This document shows positions 19,793-28,788 of a DNA stretch of 64,000 nt, piece after piece (within the stretch, counting starts at the first letter, position 1; each line of letters starts with the position of its first letter). This DNA is from a virus. Location: IMG/VR virus record IMGVR_UViG_3300037483_000594, positions 64,001 through 128,000 of that record. The stretch is one strand, 5' to 3'. The notes under the pieces were generated by a model, which was not told where the DNA came from, did no database searches, and was given only the letters and a program-made list of their open reading frames with translations. The translations under genes were made by a program, and so were the position numbers.

Positions 19793-20820
19793 TGCTCTAT
19801 TCTCCTTGCTTCTGTTATGGCCCTTTTTAGCTGCTCAACCGAGCATGTGTCGGGCTGTTTTTCTGGCAGTTCACACACGTAGCATCTGTTCTGTTGTTTC
19901 AGTAGCTTTTTGCTTAGTGAGAAGGTTCCTCTCTTTCCGGCGGCGTCGTTGTCCAGCATAAGGTACACCGGACCGTCGGTGATGTACAACAGGGTGTCGA
20001 GCTGCTCACTGGAGAACGACGCGCCCATTGCCGCTACGGTGAGCATGCGCAGGTGTTGTTCTACCCACAGGCAGGCTTTGAAGCCCTCTGTGATGATGAG
20101 TGGTCGGGAAGGGTCGGCTACGAGGTACGGGTAGACCCTGTCGGCGTTCCACAGGAATCGCTTGTGAAGGAACCTGTAGTGCGGAAACGCAGAATCGAAC
20201 TCTGGACCGTAGTCTCCGGGGGTTCGGTCCCCTCCTTGGTACACCTTGAACCGAGGCCACTCGTTTCCGGAAGCTCGCCCGGACACCCCTGCCAGGTTTC
20301 CGTAAAGGTCTCGTACCGGGAAGATGACCCGGTGGTGGACCTTGTCGAAGCCGACCTCCACCCTGTTCAGCAGTGCCGCGGAGAATCCGGCCTCGAGCAG
20401 TGACAGGGGGAGGTAGTCGAACATACCCAGCAGGGCGTCCGGGAGGACAGGTTCTGCTAGAAAAGGGTTCTTGTTCTTGAACCTGTTTCGCCAGGTCAGG
20501 CGGGAGCGCCGCTCGTTTCTTGCGATCTGCGGAAGGTAGGGCTCTACCAGCGTCGCGATCGTTTCTTTGGGGACGCCGACCTCTTGCAGGAAGGATCGAA
20601 GGTTACCAGCCCTTCCGCAGCCAAAGCAGTGCCAGAGCCCGGTCTCGATGTTGAAGGAGAAGGAGGGTGTGCTGGAAGAAGGGTCCTCGTGGAAAGGGCA
20701 GATCGCACTGAGGTTTGGGTGCCCGCCCGTCACACGCGAGAGGTAGGGGTAGACGAGGTCAATGAGCTGCACGTCGACGCTTCCTACGGCGTAGCGCCGG
20801 CTGCGGCACGAAGACCACAA
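19738..20820 (-). CDS. dnaG: DNA primase (CHC2 Zn finger + TOPRIM); true start probably near 20772
   Basis: CPFH...WHCFGC, TEG and DND.AG motifs. Confidence 0.9.
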   Translation of the reverse strand: MWSSCRSRRYAVGSVDVQLIDLVYPYLSRVTGGHPNLSAICPFHEDPSSSTPSFSFNIETGLWHCFGCGRAGNLRSFLQEVGVPKETIATLVEPYLPQIARNERRSRLTWRNRFKNKNPFLAEPVLPDALLGMFDYLPLSLLEAGFSAALLNRVEVGFDKVHHRVIFPVRDLYGNLAGVSGRASGNEWPRFKVYQGGDRTPGDYGPEFDSAFPHYRFLHKRFLWNADRVYPYLVADPSRPLIITEGFKACLWVEQHLRMLTVAAMGASFSSEQLDTLLYITDGPVYLMLDNDAAGKRGTFSLSKKLLKQQNRCYVCELPEKQPDTCSVEQLKRAITEARRIEQWLRLANAAREHHARRQE

Positions 20821-20866
20821 GCGCTGTGATCACAGTGATGACACCGACTATGATGTACTCACACAC
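20759..20866 (-). CDS. 35-aa membrane micropeptide (not in ORF track)
   Basis: MCEYIIVGVITVITALVVFVPQPALRRRKRRRAAH; overlaps the stop of the 187-aa gene. Confidence 0.4.
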   Translation of the reverse strand: MCEYIIVGVITVITALVVFVPQPALRRRKRRRAAH

Positions 20867-21422
20867 GTGCGACCCCCGCCCTGATCAACCACCGTCGGTG
20901 TGTGAACTTGTCCAACCACGGGGCGAGCAGGACGCGCAGTTCGTGCACGGCCTGTACAGTGGGTTCCGGCGTGTCAGGCGGGTTGTCGTGGGCTTGTTGT
21001 AGGTGTTGTGGCATCGGTGTTGGCCCTTTTTGCCTGGCCACGTAGTGCCAGAGCACTCTGGCTATACGGTATGCGATGTCTTGATCCACGGTTGAGCTGT
21101 TGTGCATCTGCGCAAAGCGCTGCACGGGCTTGACGTTCTGTGGCTCTGTTTCTTGCACCTCCTTTCTGGTACGAAACCATCTTCTTTTGTAGTAGTAGAA
21201 CATCTTGTATCGTGGCGAGTAACGGGGTTCTACTTTCATGACAGGCGCTGATCCCTGTGTTTTGCTAGGGGCTCGTTTGTAAGAGTCACACAAGAAGGAT
21301 GGTCTCGTAGCAAACACGATCTGGTGTGCACTGCAAACACCGCGGGCAAAGTGTTTGCAAGAGGCACATGCTGGGACTCTCCGGAAGCCAATTTCTATTA
21401 ACTGGTTTTTGAGCGTGTACAT
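20859..21422 (-). CDS. hypothetical basic protein with N-terminal Cys/His cluster, candidate RT partner
   Basis: CASCKHF...C..H...C; immediately downstream of the RT. Confidence 0.65.
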   Translation of the reverse strand: MYTLKNQLIEIGFRRVPACASCKHFARGVCSAHQIVFATRPSFLCDSYKRAPSKTQGSAPVMKVEPRYSPRYKMFYYYKRRWFRTRKEVQETEPQNVKPVQRFAQMHNSSTVDQDIAYRIARVLWHYVARQKGPTPMPQHLQQAHDNPPDTPEPTVQAVHELRVLLAPWLDKFTHRRWLIRAGVARV

Positions 21423-21497
21423 AGCGTATCCGCGACATCTGTATGGGAGCGGATGTTGGTGTTGTCGTGCGTCGTCGAATCGACGAGACCATGTTGC

Positions 21498-22583
21498 CTA
21501 TCTACGCACTCCTAGTTCTTCCCAAGGTGACTTCTGGCTGTGAAAGGCGTGGCGTAGGATATCGAGTTTCACTGTCGATATCTTCTGTAGTCTGCTTGTC
21601 ACGGTCACAAAATATGTTGGGTCTGTCACAACCTCGGGGAGCGCTGGTCCAAACTGCATCACGGCGCTAGCACATGGGCTCGGCTTGTAGCCGGACGCCA
21701 GTTTGCTTCTTACCATTTGTGCTTGAATTTCAGGAATGGAGTGGTCAAACGCCACGAGTTGAAGCTCCGGGGTGATCCCCAGGGTGTGCAGGTGTTTTCC
21801 GCAGCGCATTGAGAACCGGAAGATGAAGTGTTCTTCCGAAGGAGGGGTTAGCCGACACCAGGCGCGCAGCCCCTTTGTCGCGTTGTTTTCTGGAAACTGG
21901 TGCACTGCGGCACGCAGTCTTCTTTTTGTTTTGCGGGTAGGGTGCAGCGAGCCGTCTGGGTCGATGGCCACTCCGCAGATGACTCGGCGTTGTGTGCTGC
22001 TCCCGCGCTGGACTGACTGCAGGTGTGTTTTGTTCGGTGAAAGTCGGAATCCGGCGAGGAGGACGGCCACGTTCAGTTTTTCCTCAATGTACTGGGCGGC
22101 GTCGCGTGGCCCGTTCCACGACACCGACATATCGTCAGCGTAGCGTGTGTAAACGAAGTCTAGCCCGTCACGGGTCAGGATGCGGACGATCGCGTCGTCG
22201 ATGGCCTTGCCGGCGATGTTCGCGAGAGCCGGGCTCGTCGGGAGCCCTTGGTGTGCGACCTTGTCCGGAAAGCACGCGCCGTAGTAGTGGATGGACGAGC
22301 GCTTGGTCATGTGCAGAAGCGCGGAAAACGCGGGGTTGTCGATGGCCACAGAGTCAAAGAAGTCCTTGATGTCCGCGGTGAGCGTGTGCTCTTTGTGCAC
22401 GTGCATGGCGGCGTTGGACACCGGGGAACGCCCCGCAACGAAACCGTGTGCGTGGGTGCAGAGGTGGTAGGCCGCGAAGTTCAGCTCCGGGAGGTAGGTG
22501 AACAGGGTGGCCTTCTCGCTTGTCGTGGGCACGTAGATGAGTCGTTTCTTTCCGTGCCCTTTTGGGATCATCACTTTTTTCAT
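21498..22583 (-). CDS. retron-type reverse transcriptase
   Basis: IPK...R.I..P, HGF..GRS...NAAMH (retron region X), DIKDFFDS, QGLPTSP.LAN, YTRYADD, ICG at the retron VTG position. Confidence 0.92.
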   Translation of the reverse strand: MKKVMIPKGHGKKRLIYVPTTSEKATLFTYLPELNFAAYHLCTHAHGFVAGRSPVSNAAMHVHKEHTLTADIKDFFDSVAIDNPAFSALLHMTKRSSIHYYGACFPDKVAHQGLPTSPALANIAGKAIDDAIVRILTRDGLDFVYTRYADDMSVSWNGPRDAAQYIEEKLNVAVLLAGFRLSPNKTHLQSVQRGSSTQRRVICGVAIDPDGSLHPTRKTKRRLRAAVHQFPENNATKGLRAWCRLTPPSEEHFIFRFSMRCGKHLHTLGITPELQLVAFDHSIPEIQAQMVRSKLASGYKPSPCASAVMQFGPALPEVVTDPTYFVTVTSRLQKISTVKLDILRHAFHSQKSPWEELGVRR

Positions 22584-22886
22584 TGTCGCGTGGATACCTT
22601 GCAGCCCGGCGGCTGCCCGTTACAGGTAGTGGTTGTCCAAAAATGGGTGTCGATACGACACGCCTGCCGACTTCTGCGAACTGACGCTGCTCTTTGCAAG
22701 CGTCAACTTTTTCTTTCTCCCAAAGAGGGGGCGAACCACCCCGCGAAGAAGAAAGCAGCCAGAAACTACGTGTCCGAGTTTTGCGCGCCTGTCTTCCCGT
22801 GTAGAAGACAGGTTGAAAAACGGTCGGTGCCAGGAGCGATGGTACGGAGACGAAGCATCTCGCCTTCTCCTGGTATGCTAGTTAGG
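22584..22886 (-). ncRNA. structured RNA upstream of the RT (msr/msd-like candidate)
   Basis: About 300 nt with no - strand ORF in an otherwise overlap-packed operon; at least 6 stem-loops. Confidence 0.65.
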
Positions 22887-23045
22887 CTATCGTTTGTACT
22901 TAGCTTTCAGTTTTCTGTACAGGTCCCTGCCTTTGCAGGGGGGTGTTACTACCTCCGGCATCGGGGGATAGTTGACCGCCTGTTTCACCTGCACAGGCTC
23001 TTCCCACCGGGTGTAAATCTCAATCCTTTCGTTTGAAGTAGGCAC
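22887..23045 (-). CDS. 52-aa hypothetical protein
   Basis: GTG start after AAGGAGG; overlaps the helicase stop. Confidence 0.55.
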   Translation of the reverse strand: MPTSNERIEIYTRWEEPVQVKQAVNYPPMPEVVTPPCKGRDLYRKLKAKYKR

Positions 23046-24411
23046 TTTCCGCCTCCTTTCGTTTGTTCTTGGGGATGTCCGGGAGCACCACCTGCGCCCG
23101 GGGTCTTGGTGTGCGGACAACGGGTTGGGGAGCTTGGTCGACGAGTTCTTTTGACTCCGCACGCTCCCACCCTATCTGTTCAAAGATATCGGCGGGCCGG
23201 ATGCGGAGATGGAGGGAGCTGCCGACGTGTTCGGTCTCCCGCCCGGCGGCGATGGTCAAGGTGATGAGGCGTGCCCCGTCCGGGTAGTGTCCGAGGTTAC
23301 GGACGCGGATGGCGCCGTCGCACTCCTGCCCACCCGCGTCAGTGAAGCCGATGTCCTCTACCTGGTTGTCTTCGGCCTCTTCTCCGTTGCTGTTGAGCCG
23401 CGAGCGTTGTGTGGTGGCAAGGACGGGTATCCGCAGGGTCTTGGTAAGCGTGGACAGCCGCATCGTCAGGTCTGCTTGGATGTTGTTCTTTCGGGATTGA
23501 GCGAGCCGGTAGTAAGAGTCTACCGCGGCGATGCTCGCTCCGAACTTCTCAACCTCTGCACGGAAGTGGTCCAGTGGGTGCTGCTTGTTTGGGCAGTCGG
23601 ACAGGGGGACGATCCGGATTGCTGGACCGTATGCCGAGGAGGACAGGTCGTTCACCAGTTCCACACCCCGCTTCAAGCGGAGCTGCTCCTCGGTGTCCAA
23701 CTCCCTTCTTTTCATCTTGGCGTAGTTAACCCCCGCCACGGCAGCGCGCAGGCGTAGCTCAAAGACAAACGGGTCCATCTCTCCGCTGTAGATAAGCGCG
23801 CGCTGGTGTGCTTTGAGAAAGGTGTGAAGCATGATGTCGCCAGCAACAAACGTCTTCATTGTTTTTGGCCGTCCGAAGAACAGCCAGAAGGTCCCGTCCT
23901 CAAACCCGTTGGTAGCGTTTGTCATATCGTCCCAGGGCCAGGGGACACCGTGCACAGGAGCGTTGCTGTACCAGTCGAGAAACTCCTGCCCGGTGCTCCC
24001 CAGATCTCTGGCGCGTATGTTTGGTGCGTACCTGGACAACGTGTCCGAGAGCGTCCGGAGGTGGGCTACGCTCTCCTCTATGTCCACATTGTCCAGGTTA
24101 TCGAGGAGGTCTGTTATCTCCGTCTTGGCCTCGATGTACATCGAGGTCTTTCGGAGGCGCTCACAGTACTCAGGTAGGGTCTTGGCAGGCTCTTGCGGGG
24201 TGTCGGGGAATACGGGAAACGCTTGCTGCATGTCCTCGACAGTGGGCACGCAACCGAAGTGGTTTCTGTTGTTGTAGTAGTCGAGGATAAACGCGTACAT
24301 CTGACGCGTGTGCGGCTTGGTGAACATCTGCTCGGTCAGGCCGAATGACCGTGGGGTTATCATGTCCTTGGTCAGAATGATTTTTAGGATCAGGTCCAGT
24401 TCTGCTGTCAT
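23020..24411 (-). CDS. dnaB: DnaB-like replicative helicase
   Basis: GRPKTMKT Walker A, YSGEM, AVDS Walker B, TTQ.SR. Confidence 0.85.
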   Translation of the reverse strand: MTAELDLILKIILTKDMITPRSFGLTEQMFTKPHTRQMYAFILDYYNNRNHFGCVPTVEDMQQAFPVFPDTPQEPAKTLPEYCERLRKTSMYIEAKTEITDLLDNLDNVDIEESVAHLRTLSDTLSRYAPNIRARDLGSTGQEFLDWYSNAPVHGVPWPWDDMTNATNGFEDGTFWLFFGRPKTMKTFVAGDIMLHTFLKAHQRALIYSGEMDPFVFELRLRAAVAGVNYAKMKRRELDTEEQLRLKRGVELVNDLSSSAYGPAIRIVPLSDCPNKQHPLDHFRAEVEKFGASIAAVDSYYRLAQSRKNNIQADLTMRLSTLTKTLRIPVLATTQRSRLNSNGEEAEDNQVEDIGFTDAGGQECDGAIRVRNLGHYPDGARLITLTIAAGRETEHVGSSLHLRIRPADIFEQIGWERAESKELVDQAPQPVVRTPRPRAQVVLPDIPKNKRKEAESAYFKRKD

Positions 24412-24432
24412 TCTTCCCTCGGCCGGGGTTGG

Positions 24433-25599
24433 CTAGTCGTGCAATAGGGTATGAGACACGTAGCTGTCGGCGAGGTCGGATAGGCTCAACGACAGTTCAC
24501 GGTTGCGTTTCACGGCGGCTGCTGTGCGGGTGATAGCTTGCAGCACCCCGTACGCGGTGTCAATTGGTTCCTTGTCCCAGGCTTCCGCGATGATTTGGAG
24601 CCTGTTCGCGCTGAGGTACGTCGTGGTCAACTGCCTCAGGACACCCGACAGAATGAACTCTTTGGCGCTTGGTAGCACGATGTCGTGTAGCAGGCGCATT
24701 TGGGTGACGACCTGGTCCAGTTGTGCGCCCAGGTTTTGCCAGGCGCCGTTGATCAGCGTGCGCAGGTCGTCGACCTCGATCTTACGATGCTGACGGCGGA
24801 ACAGCGCCTCCCCGTTTTCGGTTCGGACCAGCCCGTTTCCGCACACCATGCGGAAGAGGTAGGTCAAGAACTCCACACAACGTGTCCCGATCTCGCTGTT
24901 CAGCCAGCGCAGGCCGCCGATGGCGGTGTCGTCGAACTTGTGGACCAGGGAGCGCGCTTCGGGGAAGAGGACGGAAAAGCTCGACACGGAGTTGCCCATG
25001 TCGGCGTCGAAGATGAGGTTGTTTTTGTCCGCGCCGATCGCGTCTCCCAGGAGCTCGAAGATCTGTATGTCGGGGATGTCAAAGTATTTGGGGCTGACGA
25101 ACCCCCGGAGGTACCCCTGGGAGAGCCCCACGTCTTCGTTGGGCAGCGCACGCCGAGCGATGATGCGCACCTCGTTGTGCACGGACGCCGGGACATCGGT
25201 GAAGTAGTTGTTCCAGGCACTCTGGATGTGCTCCAGGCTCTGGTGAGCGAAGAACTTGGTCGTCTCCAGCCCAGTTCGTTTCCGGATCTCACGCTTTGCG
25301 TGGGGGGTGAGCCGGAGAGCTCCAAAGCCGTGGGCGAACACGTCGTCCTTTCCTCCGAACACGAGAGAGGAGAGGTCCACGACATCGTACCCGAGGCCGT
25401 CTGTCACGACTCCGCGTGCTCTTGCGGAGACTGGCGTCGGTTCGATGCGCAGCTCGTGGAGCTGGGTGAGCTGCTCCGCGACTTGGTCATAGCTTTGGTT
25501 CGGAGGGGGGCTGACCTCCCAGTTGGGGGAGGTCGATTCGTCCTCGGAGTCCAGTAGGCCGTTCACTACGATCTCCATCGCTTGTCCTTTCTTCGCCAT
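24433..25599 (-). CDS. DUF932-like protein
   Basis: NSEIG...RMVCGNGL signature. Confidence 0.7.
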   Translation of the reverse strand: MAKKGQAMEIVVNGLLDSEDESTSPNWEVSPPPNQSYDQVAEQLTQLHELRIEPTPVSARARGVVTDGLGYDVVDLSSLVFGGKDDVFAHGFGALRLTPHAKREIRKRTGLETTKFFAHQSLEHIQSAWNNYFTDVPASVHNEVRIIARRALPNEDVGLSQGYLRGFVSPKYFDIPDIQIFELLGDAIGADKNNLIFDADMGNSVSSFSVLFPEARSLVHKFDDTAIGGLRWLNSEIGTRCVEFLTYLFRMVCGNGLVRTENGEALFRRQHRKIEVDDLRTLINGAWQNLGAQLDQVVTQMRLLHDIVLPSAKEFILSGVLRQLTTTYLSANRLQIIAEAWDKEPIDTAYGVLQAITRTAAAVKRNRELSLSLSDLADSYVSHTLLHD

Positions 25600-25822
25600 T
25601 GATCATCGTCGCAAGATGCTCCTCAATGGCTGTGTTGAGTTCTCGCAGTTTCTTGATAACGTCGTCGCTCCACGAGCTGTGGTGTTCTCCGAGGAGCGCT
25701 CGGTCTTTTTCTGTGAAGGCCGCGTATTTGACAGCCAGGCGACCTTCGAGGGTTCGCTGGTCCAGCTCAACGGTGTAGGTGAGCAGGGCCAGCCTGGCCA
25801 GCTTACTCTGCAGCGGTGTCAT
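25487..25822 (-). CDS. hypothetical protein
   Basis: Overlap-coupled - strand ORF. Confidence 0.55.
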   Translation of the reverse strand: MTPLQSKLARLALLTYTVELDQRTLEGRLAVKYAAFTEKDRALLGEHHSSWSDDVIKKLRELNTAIEEHLATMINGEERTSDGDRSERPTGLRGRIDLPQLGGQPPSEPKL

Positions 25823-26171
25823 CGTCGAGTCCTAGCTGCCGGTTGATGTAGGGGATCATCCGCGCTACTTCGCTTTTCGCGATGTTTGCGGCGGTAACTG
25901 CGGCGTTGTGCAGCGTGGCGTCGTCTTGGTTGCAGGTCAGTTGCACACTGACCTCTACGCTCCACGCGAGCGAACCGTACTCCAGGCTTCGTGCGTACCG
26001 CCAGTGCGCTCCAACCTGGGCAAGCTTGTCGCCACAAAGGACGTCAACAGGCACCCGGGAGGTCGCCTGGCGTGAGACGTCGGTCTTCTTTTTGATCTGT
26101 CGCGCGGCGGTGGTGGTGACCACCGCCTCATTTTCTCCAGTCAAGGATGCCTCCGTGCCCGAACCACACAA
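25803..26171 (-). CDS. hypothetical protein
   Basis: Overlap-coupled - strand ORF; start uncertain. Confidence 0.55.
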   Translation of the reverse strand: MCGSGTEASLTGENEAVVTTTAARQIKKKTDVSRQATSRVPVDVLCGDKLAQVGAHWRYARSLEYGSLAWSVEVSVQLTCNQDDATLHNAAVTAANIAKSEVARMIPYINRQLGLDDDTAAE

Positions 26172-26269
26172 GGCCCGTTACGCGTTGAAGCACGAGTTCG
26201 GTTACGACGAGCGCAGCGAACAACGTGACGTCTCTCACAGTTCGGATAGTTTCGAGTAGCATGGGTCTC

Positions 26270-26956
26270 CTACACTGTTTTGCGGAATGCTGTGACCAGG
26301 TCGCGTGCGAACGCTATGTCGTCCTTCAGAAGGTTCCACACGCTGTCTGGGTCGCGTTTGTAGGCCCCTCGGTCTGAGCGTGCTCCGGATTCGTCGAAGG
26401 CCGGCTCTCCGCGGGAGGTGCGCAAGACACGCGGGTTGAAAGTCACCGTTATGGGGTAGGGCACGGGGCCCTTCACCCCGGGGATCGTGCACAGGTGCAC
26501 GTCCTGTCGGGCAGCGCGGATGTTGACGTCCTTGTTTTTGGTCAATGCCGCGAAGGCGGTGCGCCCCAGGGCGACGATCAACAACGGGTCCACGCGGTAG
26601 ATGGCCTCGTGGAGGTGCGGTAGACAGGCCTTTACATTTGCTTGTTTCACCACCAGTTCTAGCACTCCGTCTTCGAGCGCCTCATACGGCGGGCAGGAAA
26701 GTACGAAGTCGCTGAAGCACCTCTGGACGTCCAAGTCCTGTTGCTCGAGCAGCAGGCGAAAGTCCGTGCCCCCTGTGCTCGTCCAGATGACCCCCGTGTC
26801 GTTCTCCTCTTCACGTGGGTGGTCCGTGACAAAGAATATGTCCGCCGTCCTGCTCCCAGCCCCTGCACACACATGTCCACGGTGGGCGGCGTAGGAGCAG
26901 CGTTGACACGTTTGCCACCGTTCGAGCTCCGGCAGTGTCTCTAGGATGATAGGCAT
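26270..26956 (-). CDS. family-4 uracil-DNA glycosylase-like protein with divergent active site
   Basis: CxxC plus two further Cys (Fe-S-like), G.G...ADIFFV, P.LIVALGRTA. Confidence 0.75.
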   Translation of the reverse strand: MPIILETLPELERWQTCQRCSYAAHRGHVCAGAGSRTADIFFVTDHPREEENDTGVIWTSTGGTDFRLLLEQQDLDVQRCFSDFVLSCPPYEALEDGVLELVVKQANVKACLPHLHEAIYRVDPLLIVALGRTAFAALTKNKDVNIRAARQDVHLCTIPGVKGPVPYPITVTFNPRVLRTSRGEPAFDESGARSDRGAYKRDPDSVWNLLKDDIAFARDLVTAFRKTV

Positions 26957-28305
26957 GTGGCAACCGAGTCGTGGGTAACATAGGGATACGCCTGCTTTTT
27001 TACCCAGCGCATCATATCAACACCCCTCTGGCGTAACGCGTGAGGGGTCTGATGCCATATAACAAAAATCAACGGGGTATTGTCACTCTCTCCGCGCTGG
27101 GTCCGTCCCACTGCCTGGGCCATGATGTTGGTGTTCCCGGTTTCCTCCAGAAAGACGAGAGTGTCGAGAGCCCCCTTGTCCAGGGCTTCGACGGCCATGT
27201 CGAAGGTGCCGAAGGACAGGCGCGCGTCGAGGAAGTTCTGCAACCTCGTGGACGCCGGCACCTCTTCGTGTAGTGCCGCGCTACCGGGGTACTGTCGGTG
27301 AAGTTGTTTTACCTTCTCCTTTGACCTCGAAATGAACAGCACGTTTCTTTCATGCTCTTGGCAGAACTGCACCAGTTCTTGTATCAGTGCCCGCTCGTTG
27401 GCGTGCGTGTAGAGCTCGTTGGCTAGTGCTGTGTGGTGTATCTCTCCCTTCGCCACGCAAACTCTTCGGCGCACCGCCGGGTCTTCGAGGTCTATGTTCA
27501 CGTCCTGGCGGATGAAGTGCACCTCTGGTTTGATGTCTTGTTCCAAGTACTCGTACCTGATGGGGCCTAGGTGCGAGAAGAAGACGTGCTCTGTGCCGTC
27601 CTGTCTCCGCGCTGTTGCCGTGCACCCGTAACGCGTTCCCGGGAACATAGACGCAGAAAGTATGAACAGCTTTGCGGATATGTGGTGGCACTCATCCCAG
27701 ATGATCGTCTCGAACCACTCTTGCATTTCCTTGGTCACCGAGCTGCGGTGACGGAGCAGGGTCTGTAGGCTCGCGATGACGACCGGGTGTTGCCACTTCC
27801 AGCGTTTTGGGGGTCCTTTGATAAACCCGAGCTCTCCGGAGAAGGTCACCTTCGCCTTTTTTGTGGCGGTGCCCTTCACCTCCCCGGCCCACTGCTCCAT
27901 GAGGGTGGAGCGGTGCACGATGATGAGCGTAGGACCCCCGCGGGTGGCAGCGACGTGGAGCATAGTCGGCGTTTTCCCGGCTCCACATCGGATATGGAGT
28001 ACGCCCCCATCTGCTGCCAGAAGCGCCGCTGCTGCCTCCCGCTGGATGGTCTTGGTGGGGTTTTTGGCGTCTAGGGTCACTAGACTGCTGAGCACCTTCT
28101 GATGTGTTTTTGGGCGAAGGTCGACAATCTCCGCCTGCGGGAGTTCGTCAGGCTGTAGGTAGTGTCGGGGAAGACCGATGTGAGAGGCTGTCTCTTCCCA
28201 CATCGGGGTGTCGTCAAGCGTCAGTACACGCTTGATAACGGCGGTGTTCACCAGCTCCTTGGGGAGCCAAAGCCTGGTGTCAACGTAGATCTTGTCCCGG
28301 TCCAT
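26941..28305 (-). CDS. superfamily 2 helicase (UvsW/Rad25-like)
   Basis: CGAGKT, DECHH, TAT..R.DG, QAVGR.QR. Confidence 0.9.
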   Translation of the reverse strand: MDRDKIYVDTRLWLPKELVNTAVIKRVLTLDDTPMWEETASHIGLPRHYLQPDELPQAEIVDLRPKTHQKVLSSLVTLDAKNPTKTIQREAAAALLAADGGVLHIRCGAGKTPTMLHVAATRGGPTLIIVHRSTLMEQWAGEVKGTATKKAKVTFSGELGFIKGPPKRWKWQHPVVIASLQTLLRHRSSVTKEMQEWFETIIWDECHHISAKLFILSASMFPGTRYGCTATARRQDGTEHVFFSHLGPIRYEYLEQDIKPEVHFIRQDVNIDLEDPAVRRRVCVAKGEIHHTALANELYTHANERALIQELVQFCQEHERNVLFISRSKEKVKQLHRQYPGSAALHEEVPASTRLQNFLDARLSFGTFDMAVEALDKGALDTLVFLEETGNTNIMAQAVGRTQRGESDNTPLIFVIWHQTPHALRQRGVDMMRWVKKQAYPYVTHDSVATCLSS

Positions 28306-28654
28306 TCTTTCCCCTTGGGCGCCACAGGAACGCGCCGAAAAACTTGGCTATTGTCATACTAGCCGTGATCAGGATGTTCAACAGCAGGTTCTTCCCCAGA
28401 CGCCCTGCTGTTGACTCTCCCTCGTAGGGGGTAAAGTTCGCGTGATGGGTCAGTGACGTGGTCGGCGGCACCGGTTGGATCGGAAGCGCGGAAGACTTCG
28501 TCGACCTTGCGTAGCTGACCGCGACGCGGCTTTTTCTGTCCTCCGCGCTACACTCAAGCGCGTCTTGGCAGTCCTGACACTCAGGGGCGTCCTCATCATA
28601 CTCGCCGAAGCACGGAGGTACGCCGCTGGTGCCAGTAAGGAAGGGGCTTCCCAC
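28280..28654 (-). CDS. small Cys-rich protein, first gene of the replication operon
   Basis: PPCFG......ECxxC....C. Confidence 0.65.
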   Translation of the reverse strand: MGSPFLTGTSGVPPCFGEYDEDAPECQDCQDALECSAEDRKSRVAVSYARSTKSSALPIQPVPPTTSLTHHANFTPYEGESTAGRLGKNLLLNILITASMTIAKFFGAFLWRPRGKNGPGQDLR

Positions 28655-28690
28655 AATTACCTCACTTTCTAGCTAAAGGTTGTCTACTGC

Positions 28691-28700
28691 TTCTTATAAC
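28691..28700 (-). promoter_or_regulatory. putative phage promoter GTTATAAGAA
   Basis: Identical 10-mer precedes 4 - strand units. Confidence 0.7.
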
Positions 28701-28727
28701 GGGAAGCGCCCGATGTTTTTCATTACT

Positions 28728-28756
28728 TTGCGTAGACTTCGCACGCCTGGTAGTAT
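28728..28756 (+). promoter_or_regulatory. sigma70-like promoter
   Basis: TTGCGT-N17-TAGTAT with extended TG. Confidence 0.6.
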
Positions 28757-28788
28757 GAGCGTAAGGCCTCGCTGCCGGGAGGATTTTG

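Noticed and set aside
21423-22886. Group II intron or DGR explanation for the RT
   Set aside because: No domain V/VI after the ORF, no interrupted exon and no TR/VR pair differing at adenines was seen; the RT has the retron NAxxH motif
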